Numbered from the stretch's first letter, positions 52,624 through 63,048 are shown. The stretch is DNA of 64,000 nt from an uncultured Candidatus Entotheonella sp. (GCA_965217185.1 OZ244252.1:2336001-2400000), one strand, 5' to 3'. Made by a program: numbers and translations. The notes: generated from the sequence alone by a model not told the origin.

Positions 52624-52674
52624 CCCCCTCACCCCAACCCTCTCCCCTGGAGGGAGAGGGTTGGGGTGAGGGGG
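52624..52674. repeat. Full-length C/G palindromic element (23-bp perfect stem, 5-nt loop)
   Basis: CCCCCTCACCCCAACCCTCTCCC-CTGGA-GGGAGAGGGTTGGGGTGAGGGGG. Confidence 0.92.
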
Positions 52675-52731
52675 TCGATTGAGCGGGTTCTCTCAAACTG
52701 GGGCCTACCTGCCAACGCGATGCGGTCGGCT

Positions 52732-53868
52732 TCAGGGGAAATGCCGGAGGCGCCGGTGCAGCCGCAGCCCGACGCTCAGCGGCAGGAGCAGCAGGCCGGG
52801 CAGAAACCAGTGCGCCACCGGCTGTCTGGTTACTTCGGTGGCGACCACGCTTCTGCCGCGCGCCGTGGTGTCGATGTCGCGGGCGATCTGCGCGAAAATG
52901 CTGCGCAGGCCACTGCTGGTCTCATCCCAAGTGTACGCCCGCCAGCTCGGATTGCGTCCGAGCAGCGGGTTCAACTGCGCCGGGTGGGATTTCAGGCTGA
53001 CGAAGTAGAGATGCCGAAAGCCCATTTGCTCGTAGTAGTCCAAAATTTTCAGGTAGTCCACGCGGGTCGCGTCGGAACTGGATTCCAAGAGTTGGCCGTC
53101 GGTAATGAGGATCATCGACTTGCCGGTGCCGATGTCGGCCAGGGTGTCGACGAGCGGGATTTCCAGTTGGAATTCGTCTTTGCTCTTGCTACGGAAATGC
53201 CCCAGGAATTGGGCCAGAACGTCTTGCAACTCGCGGTATATGCCGTCCTGCGCCGGCACGTCGAGGCGCGCCTCCGCCACCCGCCGTTCCACTTCGTCCT
53301 CGACAAAACTGGCCAGCGCCTTGAACAGGCCGACGCCGAGCTGGGTGCCCTTGGTGCTCAGCATGGCGAGGTCCTGCGTCACGTCGAACTGCTGCACGAC
53401 GCTGCGCCGGGTGATCTCCATGATCACGCCGTCGTGGTTGCGCGTGAAGATACCGCCGCTGGCGTCGGAATCGAAACGCGCCACCGCCAGGCGGTCGTCC
53501 ACGGGCCGCCGGGCGATGAACGGCACCAGAAAACCCGTCACCACACGCTTCAGTAGCCCGGTCTGGATCATGCTGGCGGAGGTGTCGAGGAGCATGAGGA
53601 TGCTCCGTGCTTCTTCCACCTCGTGGGTTTCCACGGTGCCGAGGTAAGGCTCGGACATGACGACGAGCAAGATGGTGAGAAAGCCGTAGAGACAGTACAA
53701 CGGCAAGCGGGTGAGGCGGCGCTGTCCGGCCACCGCACTGGCGCGCGCGCGAACGGCCGGGGGTACGCTCACCGCCAGGTACGGCAGCGGACGGCGGCGC
53801 GGCCACCAAGCCAACGCGACGAGGGGCAGGGCGAGCAGGAAGACGGCGGGGTGCTCGAATTGCAACAT
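52732..53868 (-). CDS. Membrane-anchored vWA protein (BatA/MxaC-like)
   Basis: N-terminal FEHP + TM, MIDAS DTSAS, ILITDG, C-terminal TM. Confidence 0.8.
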   Translation of the reverse strand: MLQFEHPAVFLLALPLVALAWWPRRRPLPYLAVSVPPAVRARASAVAGQRRLTRLPLYCLYGFLTILLVVMSEPYLGTVETHEVEEARSILMLLDTSASMIQTGLLKRVVTGFLVPFIARRPVDDRLAVARFDSDASGGIFTRNHDGVIMEITRRSVVQQFDVTQDLAMLSTKGTQLGVGLFKALASFVEDEVERRVAEARLDVPAQDGIYRELQDVLAQFLGHFRSKSKDEFQLEIPLVDTLADIGTGKSMILITDGQLLESSSDATRVDYLKILDYYEQMGFRHLYFVSLKSHPAQLNPLLGRNPSWRAYTWDETSSGLRSIFAQIARDIDTTARGRSVVATEVTRQPVAHWFLPGLLLLPLSVGLRLHRRLRHFP

Positions 53869-53871
53869 GGG

Positions 53872-55743
53872 CTATTCACAAAGGGCTTCGGCAAGGCGGG
53901 TGGCGCGGCTCAGCAGATCATCGACGGTGTCTTTGGCAAGCGACAGTTGCTGGCTCAGCGCCTGGCCCTCGATGGCTTGCAGCAACTCCAATGCATCCAC
54001 CACCGGCGGCGCCTGCGGGTCGACCGAGGTGGCCAGCATGTACCGATGGATCGTTGCGCTCGACGTGCCCAGGCCGCCGAGCAACCTGGCCTCGTCATCG
54101 TAGCAGCGCTCGCCGAGAAGCTGTTTCAGAAATACGCTGAGCGATCGCAGCCAAGCACGCTCGCTAGCGCTCGCTTGCATCTGATTGATACGCTCAGCTT
54201 CGTTCGTTGTGGCGTCCGCGTGACCCTGCAGGGAAAGTGATTCCGCCTGCTGCGTCAGATCGCCGAGCCGCTCACGGTAGCGCCGCCGCAGAGCCGCCAA
54301 TGCCTGCGCGTGCGCCTTGGTGTCGTCAATAGCGGCGGTGGCGCGAAAGCTCCAGGTGCGGTTCGAGACGCGCAGGGCGCCAATGAGCCCGGCAACCATG
54401 CACAAGACGCCCAGCGCCAGACTGGTCGGGCTGATCCAGGTTGGCGTCTGCAGAGCCGCGACGGGCAGCAGTTGCCCGGGCATTTGACCGACCTGCCGCG
54501 GCAGGTGGCCGGGAATGCTGAGGAAGTTCTGCGCCTTGGCGTTGAACACCTCGATGCGGGGTTGGTCGTTCAGGCCCGAGTAGGTGGCCTGAATGGGATA
54601 CGGGGAGAAAATGTAGATGCCGGTTTTGGACAGCCGGAAAGTCAGCGACACGTCGTCCAGGGCGCGCCCGTCGCCGAGCTCACGGGTTTGCCGCTCGATG
54701 TCGTCGACCTGGATGAGTTCGTCCGGCAGCCTGGTGTTGTCCGACAGCCAAGCACGCACGGCCCCCTCGGTGAAGGCTTTGGGCAGCAGATCGACGTCCT
54801 GGTCGCGCTCGATGGCGAGCTTGTAGCGCACCGGTTCCCAGATGCCGAACGAATTGATGCCGGCGGGCAGTTCCCAGCTTGCCTGCACCTCCACCGGCAT
54901 GCGCAGCCGCAGCCAGCGCAATTGCGCCTGCTTCACGATGCCGGGCATCTGCTGGTAGCGCAGCACCGTGGCCATGATGTTACTGGGCGCCTCCTTGCTG
55001 AGTTGCAGGACTACCGGCTGCTCAAAATCAGGCTCCTCCTCGGATTCGTCCTGCACCGGTTGCACGTGGTTGGTCCGGTTCAGTGACACGATGCGGCTGA
55101 GGCCGCCGGGGATGATCTGCGGCGCCAGGAATTCCGCCTCGAAAATCGGGAACGGCGCCGCCATCCTGTCCGGGAAGAAAAACGCCGGCAGGGCGTAATC
55201 CACCTCCGAACGGTCGGCCAGCTCCTGCAGGGCCTGCAGGAAAACGCCCAGGGGCAAGCGGTGGTCGAAGGTGACCAGGAAAACGGCGAAATCCTTGCCG
55301 GCCTTCAGGCGCCGCGCCCCCAGCGGGTCCTGAATGTAACCGACCGCGAAGGTTTCGGCGGTTTTCGGACCGGGCAGATCGCGGAAGGCGGCGATGGACG
55401 GCAGGCTCACCGGCGGCTCTTGCAACAGCTCGCGCACCCGGCGTTCGCTGTAGTCGTTCGGCTTTTCCAGCACGATGACGGCGTGCTGGCGCGACAGCAT
55501 AGGCAGCAGGTCCTCGCGCTGCAATCCCGCGTCGACCATGCGGTAATGCACGAAATGCTCGGGTTCGTAGTACAGCCGGTCCTCTTCAGCGCGTTCGTAA
55601 ATGGCGTCCTGCGGCCAAGCGGGCGGTGCCAGACCGGCACTCGCTGCCAGCAGCAAGCTGGCAAAGGCCAGCAAAACGCGGCGTCCGGTGGATGGTTTTG
55701 GTGTGGACTGTCTTGGAGCCAAAAGAGAATCCTTTATTTCCAT
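53872..55743 (-). CDS. Exported/membrane hypothetical protein in MoxR cluster
   Basis: 623-aa ORF with signal peptide, internal TM and helical C-terminus; co-oriented with MoxR/DUF58/vWA. Confidence 0.7.
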   Translation of the reverse strand: MEIKDSLLAPRQSTPKPSTGRRVLLAFASLLLAASAGLAPPAWPQDAIYERAEEDRLYYEPEHFVHYRMVDAGLQREDLLPMLSRQHAVIVLEKPNDYSERRVRELLQEPPVSLPSIAAFRDLPGPKTAETFAVGYIQDPLGARRLKAGKDFAVFLVTFDHRLPLGVFLQALQELADRSEVDYALPAFFFPDRMAAPFPIFEAEFLAPQIIPGGLSRIVSLNRTNHVQPVQDESEEEPDFEQPVVLQLSKEAPSNIMATVLRYQQMPGIVKQAQLRWLRLRMPVEVQASWELPAGINSFGIWEPVRYKLAIERDQDVDLLPKAFTEGAVRAWLSDNTRLPDELIQVDDIERQTRELGDGRALDDVSLTFRLSKTGIYIFSPYPIQATYSGLNDQPRIEVFNAKAQNFLSIPGHLPRQVGQMPGQLLPVAALQTPTWISPTSLALGVLCMVAGLIGALRVSNRTWSFRATAAIDDTKAHAQALAALRRRYRERLGDLTQQAESLSLQGHADATTNEAERINQMQASASERAWLRSLSVFLKQLLGERCYDDEARLLGGLGTSSATIHRYMLATSVDPQAPPVVDALELLQAIEGQALSQQLSLAKDTVDDLLSRATRLAEALCE

Positions 55744-55761
55744 GCCGTGACGAGCAGACGT

Positions 55762-55791
55762 GTCGGATTACGCTGCGCTAATCCGACCTGC
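55762..55791 (-). repeat. GTAG-family REP element (GCAG variant)
   Basis: Minus strand GCAG-GTCGGATTAGC-gca-GCGTAATCCGAC. Confidence 0.78.
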
Positions 55792-55808
55792 ATCGATCGA
55801 ACCGGCGA

Positions 55809-56732
55809 CTACGGGCGTCGCGTTTCGAGGTACTCGATAACGGCGTCCACGTCGAAGGTTTGCCGCGACACGAACAACCCCTCCAGGCCCGAGGCCTCGA
55901 ACTCCGCCCGATAGCGCTCACGCCGTTCCAGCCTTTCCTCGTGCAGGAGCCGCAGCCAAGCGCGCGCGTCAACCGTCTGCAACTGCCCGCTCTCGACATC
56001 GCGGTACGTCAGCAGCCCAGCCGAGGTCGGCAGGTGTTCCGGCACGGATTCTTCCAACACGACGGGCAGCAACGGGTGCATGGCGCGTATGCGCTGCGCC
56101 CCCGGCAGCCAGTCGTCCTCGGTCTCGAAATCGGACAGCAGCAACAGCAGGCGCCTTTTCTTCTGCTGCGAGGCGCCCTCCTGATTCTCGAAGAACCGCA
56201 GAGCCGGCAACAGCGCGGTAGCAGCGCCGCTTTCCGGCTGGTGCTCCCAGATCATCCTCAGCAGATTGACGAAGGTCTTTTCCGAGCGAAACGGCTGCAG
56301 CACGGTTTGGATGTTGCGATCGAAGCCGACGAATCCCAGGAGGTCCTGCTGGCCGATGACCGAGCGCCCGATGATGGCGATGAGCTCCAGGAGGAGTCGT
56401 TGCTTGCAGCCTTCGGCAGAAAAGCCGGTAAAGATCGAGGCGCTGAGATCGGCGGCGATCCACACTTCGAGCACACGCTCCTCGCGCAGGCGGCGCACCA
56501 GCAGGCCGTCTTCCAGGCGCTCGCTGGCTCTCCAGTCGATGTGGGCGGTGTCCTCGCCGAGGGCGTACGGCTGGAAGAACTCGAAATCCTCGCCGCGGCC
56601 GCGAAAGGTGCTGCCGTGCATACCCTGCATGACGGTTTGCACCCGTTGTCTCAGGTGTAGATCGGCGCGGCGCGTGGCGTGAGCGTACCAAGTGCCGAAA
56701 TCCATGTCGCCCATATCGCTCGCTGTCTGCAT
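55809..56732 (-). CDS. DUF58 protein
   Basis: GRGEDFEFFQPY..GED..HIDWRAS, DLSAS, LLSDF. Confidence 0.87.
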   Translation of the reverse strand: MQTASDMGDMDFGTWYAHATRRADLHLRQRVQTVMQGMHGSTFRGRGEDFEFFQPYALGEDTAHIDWRASERLEDGLLVRRLREERVLEVWIAADLSASIFTGFSAEGCKQRLLLELIAIIGRSVIGQQDLLGFVGFDRNIQTVLQPFRSEKTFVNLLRMIWEHQPESGAATALLPALRFFENQEGASQQKKRRLLLLLSDFETEDDWLPGAQRIRAMHPLLPVVLEESVPEHLPTSAGLLTYRDVESGQLQTVDARAWLRLLHEERLERRERYRAEFEASGLEGLFVSRQTFDVDAVIEYLETRRP

Positions 56733-56761
56733 ATATGCGTCCGGCTCTGCTCGCGGTGGCC

Positions 56762-57931
56762 TTAATCGGCCACTTCGGTGGGAACGCCGCGCAGGAGGCG
56801 GCGCACCAGTTGGCGCAGGAAGCCGACGTCGTCGCGCAGGTCGAAGGCGCGCTGGCCATGCTCGATCAGGTGGTCGTCCAGAAACGCCATCGGGCGGCTG
56901 GCCCGCTGTGCCAGCAGGGTGCCGTCCAGCACCAGACGGTGATTGAACACGTCGAACACCAAGTCCTGGATGTCCTCATACCACACCTCGTCGCGGCCTT
57001 TGAGGAAGGCTCGCGTCTTGGCGAGGTTGATCAGGATAAGGTGGGTACGCGGCGAGCAGCCGACCAGCACGGGTGAGCGGTCGCCGATGTACAGGTCCTC
57101 GAGGCATTGCCGGTGCAGCGAGCCGCTGGGGTCGTGGGTGGGCGGCCGCGTCGCGTGCACAAGCCGTACCGCGTAGGCGCGGCAGGCGCGGTCGACGTAT
57201 ACGTTGGCGCGAATGAAGGCCCGTGCGGCGACCACTTCTTCCCGGCTCATCACCGGCTTGAGCGACAGGTCGGCGAACACGTCCTCGCGCTCGGACAGGA
57301 GCATTTCCTCGGCTTCGGAGAGGTAATCCAGGGTGATGCGCATGGCGAAACGGTCGAGGAGAGCCTCCGGCAGCGGATAGGTGCCCTCCTGTTCGAGCGG
57401 ATTTTGAGTGGCAACGACGAAAAAGGGCTCGTCGATGTAGAAGCGCTCGTGGCCAATGTCCACTTTGCCCTCCGCCATGGCTTGCAGGGCGGCGCTGAGG
57501 GTGCGGGGCGGCGTGCGGTTGATTTCGTCGAGGAGAACGCTGTTGGAAAAAATGGGGCCGCGCAGGAAGGTGAATGCCTTCTTCCCATTCTGGCTTTCGA
57601 GCACCGGGGCACCGAGGATGTCGGCGGGCAGCATGTCGGCCACCAACTGAATTCTGCGAAAGACGCCGCCGATGAGTTGGGCGATGGTTTCGCCGGCGGT
57701 GGATTTGCCGAGGCCGGGATAGGCCAGCAGCAACAGGTGGGCGCAGGTGGTACGGCCCAGACTTTTCTGGCCGTCTGAGAAGAGGCCGTAGAGCAGCCGC
57801 CGTACCAGCCGGTCATAGCCGACCATCACCTGCCGGATTTCCCGATCCAACCCCGTGAGTTTTTTCCGGTACGTTTTCCTCTCCCCGGCAAGGGCGCTCA
57901 AGACCTCCATGATGTTGGGCTGTTCCTCCAA
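56762..57931 (-). CDS. MoxR-family AAA+ ATPase
   Basis: HLLLLAYPGLGKS, DEINRTPP, ATQNPLEQEGTYPLPEALLDRF. Confidence 0.9.
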   Translation of the reverse strand: MEEQPNIMEVLSALAGERKTYRKKLTGLDREIRQVMVGYDRLVRRLLYGLFSDGQKSLGRTTCAHLLLLAYPGLGKSTAGETIAQLIGGVFRRIQLVADMLPADILGAPVLESQNGKKAFTFLRGPIFSNSVLLDEINRTPPRTLSAALQAMAEGKVDIGHERFYIDEPFFVVATQNPLEQEGTYPLPEALLDRFAMRITLDYLSEAEEMLLSEREDVFADLSLKPVMSREEVVAARAFIRANVYVDRACRAYAVRLVHATRPPTHDPSGSLHRQCLEDLYIGDRSPVLVGCSPRTHLILINLAKTRAFLKGRDEVWYEDIQDLVFDVFNHRLVLDGTLLAQRASRPMAFLDDHLIEHGQRAFDLRDDVGFLRQLVRRLLRGVPTEVAD

Positions 57932-58019
57932 TTTTATGTCGTGGCGAAAGGGTCAAAGATTCTTTTGTATCAGAACTGCCTATACCAGACAAGGAGATTC
58001 GGCCAGGGCGGGCCGAGCC

Positions 58020-59309
58020 TCACAGCACGTTCCAGCGGCGGTTTGCCGCCTTTTCCGCCAAGAGGGTGTCGACGATCCAGTCGCGCACGGCGGGGGCAAC
58101 GTAGAAGGTGGGCTTGACGAGCTCAGCCTCGTCGGCGATGAGCCCCTCGGCCAAAGCGCGGGCGGCTACCGCGGTGCCGGGCAGCACGCTAACGCCGACG
58201 CGCAGGTTGGCCAGGGAGGGTTTGACGCCGCGCAGAAAGTCGAGCTTGGCGTCGACCGTTTGGCGCGTCTCGTCGGGCTCGCCGAAGGTAACGGAGAGGG
58301 TGTAGTTGAGCCCATGCTCTTCGCACAGGCGGCAGGTATCGAGTGCCGGTTGTAGCCGTTCGGCGAGATTTCCCGCTGCCAAGGGGGCGGTGGGCAGGCC
58401 ACCCATGAGGACGAGGACGCACCCGGCCTGATTCATGAGCCGGATCAGTTCGGCGTCGCAGCCGAATGGCGCCAGGCATGTGTTCCAGTGCACCTGCGTG
58501 CCGGAGGCGACGAGGGCACGGCACAGATCCTTGGCATGCGACAGCGGCACGTTGAAGGCGTTGTCGATGAAGAACACCTTGCGCAGACCGTGGCGGGCTT
58601 CCAGCTCTTGCACCTCGGTGAGGACCTCGTCGATAGGGCGTATAACGCGCCACGTTTGCTGCTGCGCGCCGTCATCGGCAGCAGTGGGGTAGGCGAAGCT
58701 GCTGAGCTTGGTTACCACGCCCATGCCGAAGCCGGCCTGCGCGTATTTGGCAATGTCCAGGTCGTCCAGGCGAGGCGGGTGGTTGAAGGCGCTGCCGTCG
58801 CCGGGCGGATTCACGACGACGCGGCCGTCCCGGCGGTAGGCCAGTCCGGGCAGATGATCGTGCGGCGCGCCGGATTCCAGGCTGTCGGCGAGGCGCACGA
58901 AGGTGTCGGCGGCGTCGCCGACCAGCCCCAGGTCCGGCTCCAGATAGTCGAATACCGCCTGCGGCAAAACGCTGAAGGCCGGACCGCCGCACACGATCGT
59001 GGCGCCGCAGCAGGCTCGCACCGTGTCGATCACCGCCTTCGAAGCGGGCAGCGCCCATTGCGGGTCGAGGTAGCTATGGTTGCTCAGGTTGCGCAGGGAG
59101 ATACCCACCAGATCGGGTTGCACGTCACGCACCGCCCGCTCGACGTCGGCGGAAGCGTCCTCGGAGAACATCAGGTCCAGCGACGTGACGGTGTGCCGCG
59201 AGTTCGTAAAAGCGCCGGCGACGTAGGCCAGCCCGATCGGCAACGGCTTGGCGTTCAGACGGCTCATCAGGCGGTCGTGCCGGTTGGTGGCGATCAGCAG
59301 CACGCGCAC
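58020..59309 (-). CDS. B12-binding/radical-SAM-fold protein lacking CxxxCxxC
   Basis: PIGLAYVAGA, PDLVGISLRN, VCGGPAFS, FFIDNAFNVP, FGEPDET; no Cys triad. Confidence 0.8.
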   Translation of the reverse strand: MRVLLIATNRHDRLMSRLNAKPLPIGLAYVAGAFTNSRHTVTSLDLMFSEDASADVERAVRDVQPDLVGISLRNLSNHSYLDPQWALPASKAVIDTVRACCGATIVCGGPAFSVLPQAVFDYLEPDLGLVGDAADTFVRLADSLESGAPHDHLPGLAYRRDGRVVVNPPGDGSAFNHPPRLDDLDIAKYAQAGFGMGVVTKLSSFAYPTAADDGAQQQTWRVIRPIDEVLTEVQELEARHGLRKVFFIDNAFNVPLSHAKDLCRALVASGTQVHWNTCLAPFGCDAELIRLMNQAGCVLVLMGGLPTAPLAAGNLAERLQPALDTCRLCEEHGLNYTLSVTFGEPDETRQTVDAKLDFLRGVKPSLANLRVGVSVLPGTAVAARALAEGLIADEAELVKPTFYVAPAVRDWIVDTLLAEKAANRRWNVL

Positions 59310-59472
59310 GGGATTCTCCTTCGTCGGTTGGATTCACGTATCATCATCCGGCATTCCTGCCGATTCACGGAACGTCGGTCATCCATCGGCGATGTTTGCA
59401 CGCTCTGTCCTGTATGGGAACGACGGTGCACATCATACTACATGGCTTCGTTTCAATTGTGAGGAGTACGAC

Positions 59473-60039
59473 ATGAAGAACATCGTCATCTGCTGCGATG
59501 GAACCGGCAACGAATACGGACGCAACAACACGAACGTTGTGGAGACTTACGTCTTGGCGGAAAAGGACGCGTCACAGGTCGCGTATTACGACCCGGGCGT
59601 CGGCACCGGCGGCTGGGAATACGACGAAGAGAGCGCAAACCTGAAAGCCTTGGCCGATCAGGCGACCGGCTACGGGCTTCAGAAAAACGTCGAGGATGCC
59701 TACTGCTACCTGATGAGCTGCCACGAAGACGGCGACGCCGTTTATCTCTTCGGGTTCAGCCGCGGCACGTTCACGGTGCGTTCCCTGGCCGGGATGCTCC
59801 ACGCCTGCGGCCTGCTCGGCAAAGACGCCGGGAATCTGGTGGAATACGCCTCCAAAGTCTACAACACGCCAAGCAACAATGACGTGGCACGCGGCTTTCA
59901 CGAAGCCTTTGGCCGACCCCGCCCGGTTCATTTCATCGGCGTATGGGATACCGTGGAGTCGTTGGCGTTGAACGCCGGCAAACGCTTTCACAACACCCGA
60001 CTCGGCACCTTCAACACAGGCCCTTGCGTCTGCTACTGA
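59473..60039 (+). pseudogene. DUF2235 (Tle1-like alpha/beta hydrolase) N-terminal part, truncated
   Basis: NIVICCDGTGN, YYDPGVGT, LFGFSRG, FIGVWDTV then early stop; catalytic His region missing. Confidence 0.75.
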
Positions 60040-60228
60040 CTTCGGGCCAAGTCAGGGTCTGTGGCAGCGGCGTGTCTGGGCTCCTGTATTGGCATAAGCC
60101 CAACTGCATCGCCCCATTGTTATCTTTCCAGTAATGCTAAAATCAGGAACTGCGTTGAACCTAGAGGAAGATTCAGGTATAGGTTCACATTCGATGAATG
60201 AAGCAATCCGGCGGCAAGGGGAGACGGT

Positions 60229-60975
60229 ATGCGATTAGCAGGCAAGGTAGCATTGATCAGCGGAGCCGCTGGCGGCATGGGGGCCGAAGAGGCGCGGCTG
60301 TTTGCCCGCGAGGGCGCCAAGGTCATTATTGCGGACGTGCTGGAAGACGAGGGCCGCCAGGTCGAGGCGGGCATTCGCGGTGCCGGCGGCGAGGCGGTGT
60401 TCGTACCGATGGACGTGACCCGCGAGGCCGATTGGGAGCAGGCGGTGGGCACCGCCGTGCAGCGCTTCGGCAAGCTCGACGTGCTGGTCAACAATGCCGG
60501 GCTGAGCAGCACCTCGGTCGCCGACCCGCTGGAGACGGCCGGCTGGCACCGCATCATGCAGGTGAACACCACCGGCGTGTTCCTGGGCACCCGGTTCGCC
60601 ATTCCGGCGATGCAGGCCGCGGGCAGCGGCTCGATCGTCAACATCTCCTCGATCATGGGCTTCGTGGGCGGCGAGTCCGGCCACCCGGCCTACCACGCCT
60701 CCAAGGGCGCCGTGCGCATCTTCACCAAGGCCATCGCCGTGCAGTACGGACCCGACAACATCCGCGCCAATTCCATCCATCCCGGCTTCATGCCGCCCAT
60801 GCGCTCGTCGCGCCAGACGGTGGCGGAGCGGGACGCCCGCATCGCGGACACGCCCCTGCGCCGTACCGGCCAGCTCATCGAGGTGGCCAACGGGGTGCTG
60901 TTCCTGGCCTCGGACGAGGCGTCCTTCATTACCGGCACCGAGCTGGTTATCGACGGCGGCTACATCGCCAGATAA
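60229..60975 (+). CDS. Short-chain dehydrogenase/reductase
   Basis: SGAAGGMG, NNAG, YHASKG. Confidence 0.93.
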   Translation: MRLAGKVALISGAAGGMGAEEARLFAREGAKVIIADVLEDEGRQVEAGIRGAGGEAVFVPMDVTREADWEQAVGTAVQRFGKLDVLVNNAGLSSTSVADPLETAGWHRIMQVNTTGVFLGTRFAIPAMQAAGSGSIVNISSIMGFVGGESGHPAYHASKGAVRIFTKAIAVQYGPDNIRANSIHPGFMPPMRSSRQTVAERDARIADTPLRRTGQLIEVANGVLFLASDEASFITGTELVIDGGYIAR

Positions 60976-60985
60976 CGCCGGTGTC

Positions 60986-62806
60986 TCAGGGGCTCCGCAG
61001 CGGGTCCCTGAGGCTGCGCACGAATCGGATGATCTGCCAGCGTTCGGTGTCCGACAACGTGTGCTCGAAGCCGGGCATCGCCGTTCCCGCCATGCCATAC
61101 GTCAGCCACCAGAAAATATCGCCGTCGGTGTGATCGTCGACATGCTCCGCCGTCAGGTCGGCAGGGGGTGCGTCGAGCGCCGCGGCTGCCGGGCCGTCGC
61201 CGTGGCCTGCGGGGCCGTGGCAGGGCATGCAGTGCGTGCTGAACAGGGCCGCCCCTTGTTCCAGCACAGCGGGGCCAGACGGCAATGGGTTGACCACGTA
61301 GGACGTGGGATAGGCGTCAACGAGCACAACGCGCAGGCAGAGCGCCGCGCCACAGGCGAAAAGCGCCAAGCCGACGGGAGCCGACCACAGCGGCAGTCGG
61401 CGGCGCTGGCTGGCCCACAGCATGAAGACGGCCAAGGCGCTCAGCAGCACGCCAAGCACGCACGAGAAGATGGTCAGTGGGGAAACCAGCATGGCGGCCG
61501 GTTCGAGGCGGCGCAGGCGCCCGAGATCGAGCGCCCCGGTGTCGGCGGTAAAATCCACCGTGGTGCGCAGGGCGGCGGACTCGGGCGGCTGAACGGTCAC
61601 CTGCACCTGCCAATCTCCGGCCATGGAGACCAGACCCGCGGCAGTGTAGCGTCCGGGGCCGACGGGATCGGCGGTCATGTCCGACAAGCCCATGTCGTGA
61701 TCGACCATGCGCATGTACAACGAGACGGTGCTGGCGGTCGGCACGGGTTGGCCGTTTCGTGCCGACATGGTGACGTCAAACGCCACGCCGCCGATATCGT
61801 TCGTCGGTGACATGGCGAGGTGCATCTCCAGGGGCCCCACGCGTCGCTGCCAGTCCTGGTGCGCGATGTGCCCAGGCCGCTCGGCGGGCGTGTAGGTGGT
61901 GAGCACACCGGCCAGCACCATACCGCACAGAATGAGGCCGGCCTCGATCTGCACCAGAACCTGCAGGTGACGGACGTTGCGCGCGGCGCTGTCGGGCGCA
62001 AAACGCCGCGCCTGCCGGGTCAGCGCCGGGCTGATGATGAGGAGGTGCGCACCGGCGATGCCCAAGGCGAGTGTAAAGGCAATCAGTTTGCCCAGCAGGG
62101 CGCGCCCATAGGGGGTGATGGTGAGCGCTTCGGGTCCGTAGACGTGCAGGTAGGTGGCAATGGCGCCCGTGGTGGCCATTGCCAGCGTGGCGCCAAGCGC
62201 CAGCGCCGAAAAACGCCGCACGAGCCGGCCGATGAGGCGCGTGTGATGGACGAGACCGCCGCGTAGCATGCCCCAAGGCAGGACGGCGAAGGACAGCAAG
62301 CCGCCGCCCCAAACGACCGCTGCCAAGACGTGCACGATATCACTGATGAACGGGATGACATCGGCTCGCGCCGCCGCGTGGCTGGTGAGGCTGACCGCAC
62401 CCACGAGCGCCAGCCCGACAGCGCCTGTGCACGCCATCCCGATTTTGGAGATGCGATGCTGCGTCAGCACGAACAGGGCGGCAAACAGTGGTGCAAGGAC
62501 CGTCTTGAGCAAGCCCATCTGCCCATAGCGCGACGCCGTCAGAAACAGCCACACGTCCGCCGGCACGGATATATCGACCACCTCGCCCGCTGCTCGCACC
62601 GCTTCCGCAAGCCCGGACAGCGCGAACAGGATGGCGCCGCCAATAACCCCGAGCCGGAAGCGCTTCGCGGCTCGCGCGGCGGTAGCATCGTCAGCGCCGC
62701 CGTACACCGGCCGCCACACCGCCAGCCAGAACACCACGCCGCCGCCCAACGCCATGAACGCGGCAAAATGAACGGCTTTCAGAGCGGCGTACATGGTAGG
62801 TAGCAT
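60986..62806 (-). CDS. CopD-like membrane domain + YtkA/FixH-like domain + cytochrome c fusion
   Basis: Multiple TMs, LTSHAA, HVLAAVVWGGGL, MVDHDMG..MAGDW, CMPCH heme motif. Confidence 0.8.
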   Translation of the reverse strand: MLPTMYAALKAVHFAAFMALGGGVVFWLAVWRPVYGGADDATAARAAKRFRLGVIGGAILFALSGLAEAVRAAGEVVDISVPADVWLFLTASRYGQMGLLKTVLAPLFAALFVLTQHRISKIGMACTGAVGLALVGAVSLTSHAAARADVIPFISDIVHVLAAVVWGGGLLSFAVLPWGMLRGGLVHHTRLIGRLVRRFSALALGATLAMATTGAIATYLHVYGPEALTITPYGRALLGKLIAFTLALGIAGAHLLIISPALTRQARRFAPDSAARNVRHLQVLVQIEAGLILCGMVLAGVLTTYTPAERPGHIAHQDWQRRVGPLEMHLAMSPTNDIGGVAFDVTMSARNGQPVPTASTVSLYMRMVDHDMGLSDMTADPVGPGRYTAAGLVSMAGDWQVQVTVQPPESAALRTTVDFTADTGALDLGRLRRLEPAAMLVSPLTIFSCVLGVLLSALAVFMLWASQRRRLPLWSAPVGLALFACGAALCLRVVLVDAYPTSYVVNPLPSGPAVLEQGAALFSTHCMPCHGPAGHGDGPAAAALDAPPADLTAEHVDDHTDGDIFWWLTYGMAGTAMPGFEHTLSDTERWQIIRFVRSLRDPLRSP

Positions 62807-63048
62807 TTGCCAGAGTTGTCATGTCTGCAATGGAGCATTGGAAGCACCTCACCCGTAAAGACACGGCTCCCCCCGGTCCTGTCAAGCGCGGGGTATCGAT
62901 GTAATAATGCCTGAACGATGCGGGGTCCGTTCAGGGTCTGGTACATTTAGTCCTGTCTTCAAATTGAAACGTTCGACGCGGGCGCTCGTTTTTTCTGTTC
63001 GGTCTCATCCTCAACATACTGCGCCGGTACGAACAGGTTCTGGAAACG

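Noticed and set aside
62910..62935. 8-bp inverted repeat CCTGAACG/CGTTCAGG upstream of the CopD-like gene as a copper-regulator operator
   Set aside because: No match to an operator consensus I can support, and no regulator nearby
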